Program-made: the position numbers and the translations under genes
NCBI RefSeq assembly: GCF_011386835.1
Contig: NC_088801.1
Span: 10,540,001-10,604,000 of the forward strand
DNA length: 64,000 bases
Source of the DNA: Chrysemys picta bellii
Taxonomy: Eukaryota
Direction of reading: 5' to 3'
Notes under the pieces: model-generated
Seen by the model: the letters and a program-made list of their open reading frames with translations, nothing else
Told to the model about the DNA's origin: nothing
The model's database searches: none
Shown here: positions 1 through 11,759 of the stretch, one piece after another
How positions within the stretch are numbered: the first letter of the stretch is position 1
Layout: every line of letters starts with the position of its first letter

Positions 1-405
1 TGCTGGAGTACTGTGTCCAGTTCTGGTTTCCACAGTTCAAGAAAGATGTTGATAAATTGGAGAGGGTTCAGAGGAGAGCCATGAGAATGATTAAAGGATT
101 AGAAAACATGCTTTATAGCGATAAACTCAAGGAGCTCAATCCATTTAGCTTAACAAGGAGAAGGTTATGAGGTGACTTGATTACAGTCTATAAGTATCTA
201 CATGGGGAACAAATATTTAATAATGGCCTCTTCAGTGTAGCAGAGAAAAGCATAACATGATCCAATGGCTGGAAGTTAAAGCCACACAAATTCAGACTGG
301 AAATAAGGCATACATTTTTAACAGTGAGCGTAATTAACCATTGGAACAATTTACCAAGGGTCATAGTGAATTCTCCATCACTGACTGTTTTTAAATCAAT
401 ATTGG
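1..405 (+). mobile_element. CR1 LINE 3' fragment (ORF2 C-terminus), left part, split by a DIRS insertion
   Basis: Typical CR1 ORF2 end (ctggagtactgtgtccagttctgg...aatggctggaagttaaag...tggaacaatttaccaagg); resumes at 2100. Confidence 0.9.
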
Positions 406-2099
406 TTCTTTGAGTGATGGTCCCTATAGTATTCCACTCAGGGTTATACGCATGCACTCGGAGCCAGAGCTTTTCAAAATCCACTGGTCCACAGGTGCCC
501 TTGCTCCACCTCGTGGTTTCGACTGAAGTGATAAAGGGTCAGGCAGACCGACCACAGCCTCAGTTCCTTCTCACCACCGCATGGTCGGACTCAGAGCCCC
601 TTCTGTTCTCTTGTCTCTTTCCTAATTTCAGGAGAAAAGACTGTTTTATTCTTGTATAGTTAGTGTTTTGTTATTTTTGTAATAGTTTTAGTGGTAGTTT
701 AGGATTTTGGGATGCCGTTTTTGCCGGTTTCCTGCCCTCTTCCCCATCAGCACCCACACCTGGGTACTGGATTATGTCGAAGATGCCAGGGTTCAAGATC
801 TGCACTTCCTGCCCTTGCTCATTTCCCATCAGGGACTAGCACCAACACTGTCTTTGCTGCTTGGCGAAGCCCATGTCGCATCCAGGTGCAGTATCTGTCT
901 CTCCTTCCTGCCCATACGCAGGAAGGCCAGGCTCTCCATCTCAAGAAACACCTCACAGCTGTCGCCATGAGGCCGCGGTTGGATCCAGGCTGGGGAACCC
1001 CTCTCTCCCTGTATATTGACCTGAGTATCAAGGAGCGCACCTCCTACTGTGGCATTCCAGTCCGGTTCCGCTGGTACCAGCACTACGGACCCCGTGCCGG
1101 GGCCTAGCCGTGAGGCAAGGAAACGTGCATAAGCATGACAGTAAGTCTTCCTCAAGACCCATGAAGGATGCTGCATTCTCCATGGGTTCTAACCATGGAG
1201 AAGTGGCGCATTCCATGGCATGTAAACGCAACAAAAAGTCACATAGAACCTTGGATCCTCTGATCCCAGTTACCGAACTGCATACCCCTTCCGGATCAAT
1301 ACTCCCAAAGTCACGGGAATCATTGGTTCAGAGGCAATCCTCCATTCTGGCCCTGGTTCTGGCCCCGGCTCTGTCTGTGGAGTGCATGCCACTGAAACTA
1401 GGGAAGCTCAAGTCAGCTCTTGGTCCTCATGAGCTGTTTGACATAGATGAGGTGAGGTCCCACATCTCCTGGTGCATCACCTCATCAGAGACCCCACTCC
1501 CCAGCTTTGGACTTGCTGCCTTCGGGTCATGTTCCTGAGCATTCTCCTGAGACTCACTTGGCTCCAACTGACATATGTAGGGCAGCCACATGGAGTTCAG
1601 CACATATCTTTTCTACCCATTATGCCCTAGTGCAAGACTCTGCGATGCGTGCCTCATTCGGTGCAGCTGTTCTCCGTTCCACAATGCCATCTTCTTCCTT
1701 GCACCCTCCCAACTAGATACTGCTTGTCAGTCACCCTCAGTGGAATACAATAGGGACCTTCACTCGAAGAAGAAGCGAACTTCCAGTTACCTGTAACTGG
1801 AGGTTCTTTGAGGTGTGTTGTCCCTGTCTGTATTCCAATCCTGCCCTCCTTCCCCTCTGCTGGGGATCTATTCGATTTGCAGTGGAAAAGGAACTGAAGG
1901 TGCAATCAGTGTGCCCCACCCTTTATCACGTTGGTCAAAACCATGAGGCAGAGCAAGGGCGCATGCGCAGACCAATGGACACTACTACTTTGAAACTTTC
2001 CAGCTCCGGGTGCATGGCCCATGCGTATAACTCTCAGTGGAATACAGATAGGAACTACACATCTCAAAGAACCTCCATGTACAAGTAAGTAACCTCCTC
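406..2099 (+). mobile_element. Internally deleted DIRS retrotransposon (1.7 kb) with left ITR ~406-590, ICR 1742-1836, right ITR ~1880-2099
   Basis: Ends are inverted repeats of each other. The ICR halves are reverse complements of the two termini. Remnants of the ORF1 Cys/His-rich N-terminus (MSKMPGFKICTSC...LGEAHVASRCSIC) and the YR C-terminus (DICRAATWSSAHIFSTHYAL). Confidence 0.9.
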
Positions 2100-2216
2100 A
2101 TATTTTTCTAAAAGTTCTGTTCTAGGAGTTATTTTGGGGAAGTTCTGTGGCTTATGTTATACCGCAGGTCTGACTAGATGATCATAATGGTGTCTTTTGG
2201 CCTTAGAATCTATGAA
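2100..2216 (+). mobile_element. CR1 3' end (right part of the element split by DIRS)
   Basis: atatttttctaaaag...gactagatgatcataatgg...ccttagaatctatgaa continues the CR1 sequence broken at 405 and ends in the CR1 tail motif. Confidence 0.85.
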
Positions 2217-2458
2217 AGGTGAATGAATAAGTTATTAAATTAATGGTATTGAGGTTTTAAAAAAAGAAATCCATAACATCTCATAAAATATTTCATCCAC
2301 CTGTCAATCCCATGCAGTGTTACTGTTTTGCTATTAGAGCAGAGCTAGCTCAAAGCCATCAGTTAAACTTTTCGTTTCCAGTATTTAAGTCCTGATTGCT
2401 TTGACGGTGGAGATGTTATATGAACTTCTGAAACTGCATTTTTTGTTTTGTTTTACAG

Positions 2459-2574
2459 AGTTGTCCTGGTTCAACTGGTGCCTCCCAGGATCATGTTTGC
2501 TCAGCCTACTCCTTATTCTTTGCTTCAGGGAATCCTATGATAGACTTTATCTTGATGTCGTTGTCTCAGTTTAA
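2459..2574 (+). CDS. SLC49A4: Last coding exon of SLC49A4 (DIRC2), MFS-type lysosomal transporter
   Basis: Acceptor ttttacag at 2458, phase 1; encodes (E)[37 protein letters not shown] matching the known DIRC2 C-terminus; SEMA5B is also its neighbour in human. Confidence 0.92.
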
Positions 2575-4581
2575 TAGCACAGAACTGACAGAGTTTTGAG
2601 AGAGACTGGAAATCGATATGGCATTCTGCAAATTGCTTGGAATTGCACGGTTGTATGGCGGAAAAAGCAAAGAAACTACAAAATTTTAAATGTGGTTTTA
2701 CCAGACTAAGAAGATATTTTTTTAAAACATCTCTTGACTTGATCTTTATTACTGACTTGAGAAACAGTGTGGTACTTCAGTTGGGAATAAGAGTATCCTA
2801 AAATACACAAGTGGACTATATCTGATGTGTATATTCTAAAGTCAGAACTGTGATATGTTATTTAAAAAACAATACTTGCAGCTATTAAGTGTACAGATTT
2901 TCTGTGCCAATTCAAACCACTTAAAGAGATGCCAAGGTACCAGTAATCTTTCCATCTTCTATCAGAATACGAATAGTGAATAACCTTTTTTAAAAAAAAT
3001 CTATAACTTAAATAGGTAACACATTTAAATATTAAAAGGCCAGCAAACACATAAGCTAAAATGATATGGTTTTGCTGCACTACATTATGTTCTAATAAAG
3101 CCATTTCTGGTAAGACTTTGGTACCTGAGTTTTCAACCATATTGACTAATCTTAGCAGTCCTTGCACTGTTGTTAGAAATCTTTAACTTTCACTCCAGAA
3201 CAAGTGTGCACTGAATGATGAGTGCAGTTTTAGTTACACAGTAGTTGCCACTAAAAGTCACCTTAGCTGACAGTAGCACTGAAATTCTGCAGTTTTTCCA
3301 TATGCTTAGAATAGGAAAGAACAATGGTATCTCAGATGTCTCTGTTGATAAATGTTGATGATGTAATGGCCACCACTATACTTCTCTTTCATCTCCAGTG
3401 AATTCTGTGAACCCCAATTTCATGCCACTAAATAATGTAGGTGTGTAGGGCCGAATCCCCAGTAAGGTTAGTTTTAGTAGGTTTTGGGGTTTGGGCTGTA
3501 GTGCATGTGTGTTTTTAAGATTAGTTTACAATTATGGGTACTAAGTAATGTTTTTTAAATATCCAGTTCTTTAAAAGTGGCATTTTTCTGAAATGTCTTT
3601 GGACTTTGTGAGGTGCCCTTGTTAGCAGCGAAGTGACACATCATGTGGAATATTTTGTTTCGTGAGTCCATGAATTTTGAAATAACCTGGGAAGTACTGT
3701 GCCAAGCAGAAAATTGTGGTCAGTCTGGCCCTTACTTGAACAGAGATACTTAAGAGACTTTGAGTAGTTTTTTAACACAATTTTAAACTGATTAGTAATT
3801 TCTGAATTCTTATAATTCATTTCAAAAATATTTACGGCATTTCCATTCTGAGTATGTTCCTGTACTCTGTGTAATGTGTGTGTGTGTGTGTGCGCACATG
3901 TATATATGTACAGATGTGTGTGTGTAATATTTATATGTTGTATATAATTATATAATATATAAATATTGTATGTAGCGTGTGTTTATAGGTTTATTTAAAA
4001 ATTATGTCTTTGGATGGTGGTATGCCACTGTTTGAACTTAAGCTATAATTTCAGTGAATGAAGGTGTACGCATATACCAACTGTGACATGAGTTTTATTT
4101 CACTGGGTGAATGTCTTTTCTTAATGTAGCTGTTTGATATAGAGGGATATATACATGTTTGAGGGCGTTGGCATGTGATGTTCTGCTTCAGTGAGAAATC
4201 TGAATCAAACGCACTCCACTCCTGTGAGGGGCTCTGCTCTGCCACTCCTGAGTAATACAGCCACTGTAACTCAAAAAAATAAAAGCTGAACTGTGCACTA
4301 CCCTTCAGCTATGTATCCATTTGTTCTGTCTGTTCTCTGTAGAGAGCGAATATTTTATTGACATTTTAAATTCAAAATTGTATTCATGCAGTAAAATGAA
4401 ATCAGTTATTTCACATCATCTGCTTTTATTGTTTTCAGTGAAATGGGCATATTTACCATAGCAAGTATGGGATGTTGTGACCTTGTTTATTGGCTACATC
4501 AGCTATTACAAGATCAGAGTTATTCCTTGAAAGGCACTAGTCAGACAGTGGAGCTATCTGTATTGAGATATCCTAAATAAA
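2575..4581 (+). other. Probable SLC49A4 3' UTR; candidate AATAAA signals at 3094, 4278 and 4576
   Basis: AT-rich, repeat-poor sequence after the stop codon; true end not determinable. Confidence 0.45.
3875..3892. repeat. (TG)n microsatellite
   Basis: Direct reading. Confidence 0.9.
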
Positions 4582-4856
4582 TTTAATCAGCATGTTCAAG
4601 CTGCTGAAGAAAACTGGCAAAGTACAGTTGGACATATCCTTTTACTGTCTTCACCAGTTGATTGGTACAAAGGTGTTAACCATCCAGCTTTCTTGGTTAT
4701 GTTCTACTATATTTAGCAAAAGCCACCACTTTACAGTCCTTATTCAACTAGCATTCCCATTTGAGCCTGATGGAGCTTTTGCCTGAGGAAGAACTACAGG
4801 AGCAGATCCCAATTATATAAAGAAGTTCTCCCATAGGTAAGAGTCTGCTGCTATGA

Positions 4857-5056
4857 GGGGGGAGGGATAGCTCAGTGGTTTGAGCATTGGCCTGCTAAAC
4901 CCAGGGTTGTGAGTTCAATCCTTGAGGGGGCCACTTAGGGATCTGGGGCAAAATCAGTACTTGGTCCTGCTAGTGAAGGCAGGAGGCTGGACTTGATGAC
5001 CTTTCAAGGTCCCTTCCAGTTCTAGGAGATGGGAGATCTCCATTAATTTATTTATT
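4857..5056 (+). mobile_element. Turtle tRNA-derived Pol III SINE with CR1-like 3' end
   Basis: Head ggggggagggatagctcagtggtttgagcattggcctgctaaacccagggttgtgagttcaatcc (A and B boxes), (TTTA)n tail, TSD tatga at 4852-4856 and 5057-5061. Confidence 0.92.
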
Positions 5057-5783
5057 TATGATAAATAGAAATGAATTTTCAGACTTGAGGACTTCATCAG
5101 ATCAACATATCTTTGGGTGGCAGGTGGGGGAGAATGTGTTGAAGGACAGAGGATGGGGGAAATATAAAATATTGTGGCTTTGTTAGAGTTAGAATGCACT
5201 TTGACATGATCTATAAAATAGCTCAATCTTCATTTGACTACACAAAAAGCATTCTCCCCTACTGAATCCAAGCCAGCAGCCCTTACTCAGGTAGAAATCC
5301 AGCCGAAGCCAATGAGAGTTTGCCTGACTAACGATTACCAGAGCAGGCTACCTGTTAGTATTTTTGACTTTGTAAAGGTAAAAGTTATCTTGGTTAATCA
5401 GGTCTCACTGAAAGAGACAATGGGAGGGGTTTAAATATTGCTTATATATTAATATTGAGTAGTCCCAGAAAAGATTCAGAAATGAAATGTAAAATATTTC
5501 ATATTTATTATTTAGCAGTAAAAAAGCACATCAGTTTTTGGAAGAGCAACTTAGTTTTAATTGTCCCTCTAATTTTCAGTGAGTACTGACATTGATTGAT
5601 ATCAAACACTTCTGACCATAACTGTAATTGATTTTAACAGGAAAATACTCTGAGAAAAGACAATATTCCCTGTCCCCTCTTGACTCTGAGTTACTTCCTG
5701 TAGAAATCCAGAAGAGCAATTTTTCCTAGCCCTGATATGTGCAAAGCCACTAGAATATGGACAATCATGCTGCATTTTGTGTT

Positions 5784-5887
5784 ATAGAATCATAGAATAT
5801 CAGGGTTGGAAGGGACCTCAAGAGGTCATCTAGTCCAACCCCCTGCTCAAAGCAGGACCAATTCCCAACTAAATCATCCCAGCCAGG
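5784..5887 (-). mobile_element. CR1 3' terminal fragment
   Basis: atagaatcatagaatatcagggttggaagggacctc... nearly identical to the end of the copy at 36958. Confidence 0.9.
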
Positions 5888-6735
5888 CCGGACACTGTCC
5901 CTTGTGCAGTCTTCTGTACAGTAGTGACATGTGTGAATTGCAAAGTAACTTCCAAATAATGAGCATTATTTTGTGGTAACTCTGTTGGGAAAACAGAAAC
6001 ATAGTAATGCTAATACAAGTTTCCATGTAGTAACTGCTATCTTGGAAACTTGGGAATTTACCAAATGCATTGTTGCATGTAAGAAAGGGATATCTTGAAG
6101 GAGCTGTATTACCTGGAGTGTGTGTTTATGGAGAACATTTGGACTAAGCAAAGAGTGAATACATAGTCTTACATTGTAAAAAGAAGAAAAAAGTTGATCT
6201 GTGTGTGTATATTGGCTTTTACCAAAAAGGGGGAACGATACGAGATTTGTGAGAATTGACTGATATATGAATAGGGATTAGATGTTTTATCCTAGGGCTT
6301 TTGACATCCTATAAAGCTGTGAGAGTAGCAATTTATTAATAAATCTGCTATTTCTCATTGTCATTTTTTTAAACTTAAGAGAAAAATGTTGACTACTTTG
6401 TGGCAAACAATTGGTTTTAGATGCTGTTTTTGTATGTTTTATTAGATTGGTTAGAATCTAAATATAATTCACTGTAATTGTTTGGCAGGTTAACTACTAT
6501 GTTGGTGTGAAAATGCCAGAAATTCATAACACCATTGATGGATGGATGTACAGTGTGTATAGCTGGTGTCATTAGAATTTTGTGTTGAATATCATTGTGT
6601 TAAATTTTGTAAAGTACCAGTGTACTCTCTCTCTCTCTCAAATGGCAGTTGCACAAATCACATAGGGCTAAAAGCTCACCCCATTAAAATGAATGGGAAT
6701 TTTGCCATTATCTTCAATGGGTCCAGGATATAGTA

Positions 6736-7067
6736 CGGGGTCGGCAATGTTCGGCACGTGGCTCGCCAGGGTAAGCACCCTGGCAGGCCGGGCCAGTTTT
6801 ATTTACCTGCTGAGGCGGCAGGTTCGGCCGATCGCGGCCCCCACTGGCCACGGTTCGCCGTCCCAGGCCAATGGGGGCGGCGAGAAGCGGCGCGGGCGAG
6901 CGATGTGCTGGCCGTGGCTTCCCGCTGCCATTGGCCCGGGACGGCGAACCGCGGCCAGGGGGAGCCGCGATCGGCCAAACCTGCCGCATCAGCAGGTAAA
7001 TAAAACTGGCCTGGCCCGCCAGGGTAAGCACCCTGGCAAGCTGCGTGTCGAACGTTGCCGATCCCTG
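6736..7067. mobile_element. Palindromic hAT-type MITE
   Basis: TIRs cggggtcggcaatgttcggcacg / cgtgtcgaacgttgccgatccctg; 8-bp TSD atatagta at 6728-6735 and 7068-7075; near-complete foldback. Confidence 0.9.
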
Positions 7068-7073
7068 ATATAG

Positions 7074-7218
7074 TAGAATCATAGAAATGTAGGGCTGGAA
7101 GAGACCATAAGAGGTCATCTAGTCCAACCCCCTGCGCTGGGGCAGGACCAAGTAAACCTAGACTATCCCTGATAAGTGTTTGTCCAACCTGTTCTCAAAA
7201 ACTTCCAATGATGGGGAC
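7074..7218 (-). mobile_element. CR1 3' terminal fragment
   Basis: tagaatcatagaaatgtagggctggaag...gtccaacctgttctcaaaaacttccaatgatgggga. Confidence 0.85.
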
Positions 7219-9313
7219 CAGAGTCAAGGACCCTTGCTATCATAAAGAGGAAAACTCTGAAATTATAACAATACCCACATCACTCTGATCAACCTTATTT
7301 GTCTGTCTTTAGCAAGTCGATGCTCTTATTGATGAGATGCTGGTTCATATTTTGGGCAGTGGTGCTCTCCCAGCATCCATAAAACATGAAAAAGCCTCAC
7401 TTAAGTTCCTTATTTTAGGAGGTGTAGAAATATCTATTTTGACTCATGAAGGAGTATTGCTGTTAAGTAACATTTGTGGAGGATACAGAGGCCACAGTGA
7501 AATCAAAACCTGTCAGTCTGCTTACAGCATTTACAGTTGGCATTTTAAGGCAGATGAAACAATAATAAATAAAGGGGGAAATTCATCTTTATTTGAAGTT
7601 TTAACAAGCAAAAGTAAGTATTTGTGCAGATGTTTTGATTCCTGTTTTAATCTTGGATCACTGCTATGTCTGGGACCGTGCATTCTGACATAAATTTCTT
7701 CTGAATTCCATGATCCCACATCACTGCACACTTGTTCTTTTTTTACTAGATTTGCATACAGGTTCTAAGCAAAGTGAACACTACAGCTTAATACTCATTA
7801 AAAGAAAACAACATTGCAGAAAATATCTGTAGCAACACTGTGGTAGATATTGGTCCAGAAGAGATGGTGAATGGATGCAATGGCCCAGGTTTCCATAAGT
7901 GACTGGTGATATGGGGTGTCTCCATTTTTGGTAACCCAACTTGAGACCTCTTAAAGGGCCTGATTTTCAGAAAGCGCTTGGCACTCTCCCCTGGAAGTCA
8001 TTAAGGTGTCTCAAGATGGGCACCCACAAATCAAAGCCCCCAAAACCAAATCACTTCTGAAAAGCTTGCCTGATTTTTTTCCATTTTGGACCTGGAAATA
8101 ATTTATAAACACATAATTTATTGCATCAGTATTTCTTCCTCACTCCCTGCACAGGTGTTGTGTGTTCATAACACTTCAGGAAATATGATTGCTGGGTTAA
8201 TTGTTAAAGCTTCCATTCGGCAGTCATCCTTGAGATGTTTGTTTAGAAGACAGTAATTGACCTTGCGTACAGGAGAGTAAACATAAATTTGTTTTGTCTT
8301 CCCTGTGTTCCTCACTTGCCTACTCTCTCATACTTTCTTTATGTTGCTTCAGTGAATTTTTTCACTATTTCATAATGAGTATTGGATTTTCATGGATGAC
8401 TTTCACCTGTTCTTATTCAGAACACTTGTTCTTATTCAGAGCTTTCCCCCTAGATTGTGGCATTCCCTCTAACCTTAGTTCCACCATATGTAAAAGTCAA
8501 AATAAATTATTTTCCTTTGTAGATGGTCCGTATGTAGACGTGATGGGTACTTTTGTTGTTAAAGCACAGGACTGGGAGTCCTGATTGGGATCAGATCCCC
8601 ATATATGGCATATAAGTGTATATTTCCATACATTTAGAACTGCCTCTGACAGGATGGGTAACCTCAGGAAAAGCAAACTGATTGGAGAAGATGGTGTACC
8701 GTGAATCGATGATCTTAGAGAATGATGGGTGGGTGGGTGTCAGAGAGTGAGTGGGTCATCTGGTTTTAAAGCCACTCTATCTTAAGCTACGCATCAGCAG
8801 TGCCTATATTTCATAGGCTCTTCTACTGCAAAATCACCTTTTAAGAGCTGCTTGTCATACCCATTGGTTATTTAACTGACCTTTGAATTGGTTTTGAAAT
8901 TCGGATTGCCCTTTGATATTGTCCTCATTTGTTCTAATTGCCTATGAACTTAATACAACTACCTTGGGTTTAAATCTGTGTCAAATGTATGGGTCAGGAA
9001 AGAGACAAAGACATTTTAAAAAGAATTAGAGAAGCTTCTTGAAAATTGATGAGTCATGTTACAGTGCCCTTGGCAAGAAGCATAGTGAGCTCTCTCACGT
9101 TGCAAGAATTTGCCTCATGGGGCTCTATGTTCATATCATTAAATGGAAACCCAGCAAAATTTCACTAACAGCTCTCTGATTATCCCAAACTCTTTAACTA
9201 AGTGTACCTTCCTGTATGTTGCTTAGCCAAATGTAAAGCATTGCCTCTGAATTTGGCCCCCTGTCTCTGAGCAGGATTTTCACTGGGTTAAAATTCTGCT
9301 TGCCCTACAATAA

Positions 9314-9519
9314 ATAATAAATAAATAAATTCATGGAGATATCCTATCTCCTAGAACTGGAAGGGACCTTGAAAAGTCATCGAGTCCAGCCCCCTGCCTT
9401 CACTAGCAGGATCAAGTACTGATTTTGTCCCAGATCCCTAGGTGGCCCCCTCAAGGATTGAACTTACAACCCTGGGTTTAGCAGGCCAATGCTCAAACCA
9501 CTGAGCTATCCCTCCCTCC
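9314..9519 (-). mobile_element. Turtle tRNA-derived SINE
   Basis: Reverse complement of the 4857 SINE, (TAAA)n tail; probable TSD caataa at 9308-9313 and 9566-9571. Confidence 0.92.
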
Positions 9520-9724
9520 ATGTATGGAAATATACACTTATATGCCATATATGGGGATCTGATCCCAATAATGCTGTGTGCTCTGAACTCCTGATGACTT
9601 CAAAGAGAGCTCAGTAACTCCACAGTATCGGACTCTATGTTCTCAATAAAAAGTCACTTTAATAAAAGCCTGAAGAATATATAGGAACACCTCATATTAA
9701 CAGTATTTTGCAGTTCTAGAGCTA

Positions 9725-9915
9725 GTGCCTTCCATCAGAGGATCTCGAAACGCCTTACAAACAGCAATTTCAGCATCACAACACCTTAGTGAGGTAGGGA
9801 AATATTATATCCATTTTACAGCCGAGGAAACTGAGGCACGAAGAGGTTAAGTGATTTCCCCAAGATCTCATAGTTTGTCAGAGCAAGTCCTGACTCCCAG
9901 TCCTGTGCTTTAACA
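9725..9915 (-). mobile_element. MIR/CORE-type SINE
   Basis: ccattttacagccgaggaaactgaggcac...aggttaagtgatttccccaag core motif. Confidence 0.7.
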
Positions 9916-10493
9916 ACAAAAGTACCCATCACGTCTACAATGTTCGTCTTCAACTGTATATTTTAGAAACAAGTATATGTGATGGAAATATTGGCTTTTA
10001 ATAATGTGTCACAGTTGGTTTTCTTTTGACTTGTAAACATATAGAAACATAAGAGGGTTTGTGTGTGTGTATGGGTATGGATTTGTAAACTATCCTCAGA
10101 TTGTAAGACTGTTCAGTTTTACTGGAGTTTGTATGCATTTTACTTTTGCAATTTTTAAAACTGGTTTTTATTTTAGGGCATATTCTACTTTTTTATGCGA
10201 TATTCTGATGTGATATATTTTTATTTTTTTTAAATAGAGTTTAAACCACTGTACACTTGTAAACATAACATAGCTGCCACTTAATTTCTTTTAAAACTGG
10301 AATCTTACTGTGGAGGTGTGTTATTTTCCATACTGCTTGTTTGACATTAAAATGGTTACTCATGTTTCTTGCCAGTATTTTGCAGTAACTTGGAAAATGT
10401 AAATAAATATTAATTTTGGGTGTCATATCAACATTGAAACATTCTCAAAGACATTGCTTTGAAAAGAAGTTTAGTTTGATTCAACTAAGACCT

Positions 10494-11131
10494 TATAAGG
10501 GACTCCGATGGGTGCTGTACTCACCACAGGGGGCACCCCCTGCACAGCCGACGCTCTGCACTCTGTCTTTCTCTCTCCCCACAGCCCCAGTCTCCAGGAT
10601 CCGCAGCATCTTCTTCATGGCTCAGCCTTCTGGCCAGGTCACGGTGTGGTTTCCCCTTCTTGGGAGAAAATGTGTATCAAAGTCCCTGCTTACCAACATT
10701 CTCAGGCAGTCCTCCAATTCACTGACCCAGGTGCCACTCCCTCGGGCTGGTAGGGGAGCCCAAGCCTGCCCTCTACTCCGATTTCTGGCTCAGGGACCCT
10801 CTAAACAGCAGCCAAAGTGTGATTCTCTCCTGCATAATGCTGCCTTTCCCTGAGCCCCTTCCTCACCTCCTGGCTCTTCCCACTCCTCTGGGTTTGCCAG
10901 CCTCTCAACTCCCTTCTCCCAGGGAAGGACTGCAGACTACCTCCCTGCAGCATCCTCTGCTTCTAATTTCCTGACTTTATTTAAGTCCTGTCTGTTCCCT
11001 CACAGTTGAGCCTTCTTCTAATTAGCTTCCTCCAGTTTGTTTCCCCCATTTTCAACCTAGCTGGCTGGATTGATCCCACTTGGCCTAATTCAGTCCCCTC
11101 AGGGCCAGTGTGGGGAGTATGCCCCATCATA
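10494..11131 (+). mobile_element. Probable solo LTR
   Basis: Decayed TG...CA ends (tataaggg...gccccatcata), GC-richer than flanks; no clear TSD. Confidence 0.45.
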
Positions 11132-11522
11132 GGGACTGATCTCAAAGCAATAGAAAGACTTCTGTTAACTTCAGTGGGTTTTGGATCAAGCACTGCTGTT
11201 TTAGTTCAGAAGAGGAGTGAGATAGGTGAGAATTATTGATGAGAAAAAAGAAGGAAGAATTTGAAGAGGAGGAGAGTGTGTGTGTTTGGCAGATGATGAG
11301 TGTTGTAGCCACTGGGTTATAGGCAATCCATTTCCTTGTGGATGCTTGGTAACAGTATAGGCCTATTGACTAATAAAACCGTGGAATTACACATTGATAG
11401 TGTTGCTTACCAGTTAGTATTGTGTTGATTTTTTTTTCACTATAAGGTTGTGTGTCAATAGAATTGTTTTTTACTGAATACAGTTTTGTTCACCCAAAAA
11501 TCTCAATAGCACTACCTGAGAG

Positions 11523-11758
11523 GAAGACTGGTCTTGTGGCTGAGACATTGGCTTGGGACTCAAGAGGTATGAGTTCAGTTCTTAGTTCTGCCATGGACTC
11601 TGTGTGTGACTTTGAGGGGTCATTTAATCTCAGCTCCCCAGCTATAAAATGAGGATAACAACACCTCCTTTCTCCCACCCTTTGTTTTGTCTATTTAGGT
11701 TGTATGCTTTTGGGAGCGGGCAAAGGTTGTTTCTTATTATGTGTATGCATAGCACCCA
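11523..11758 (+). mobile_element. MIR-like SINE with L2-type tail
   Basis: tRNA-like head, core ctctgtgtgtgactttg...aaaatgaggata, tail tgtctatttaggttgtatgcttttggg. Confidence 0.6.
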
Positions 11759-11759
11759 G

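Noticed and set aside
2862-3167. 101-aa hydrophobic minus-strand ORF
   Set aside because: AT-rich antisense of the SLC49A4 3' UTR, non-ATG start, no homology recognised
4857-4935. tRNA-like sequence (also at 9440-9519 and 15290-15363)
   Set aside because: It is the tRNA-derived head of a SINE, continuous with the SINE body and CR1-like tail; not a tRNA gene
10489-11136. TSD around the putative LTR
   Set aside because: Flanks gacct and gggac do not match, so LTR confidence was lowered
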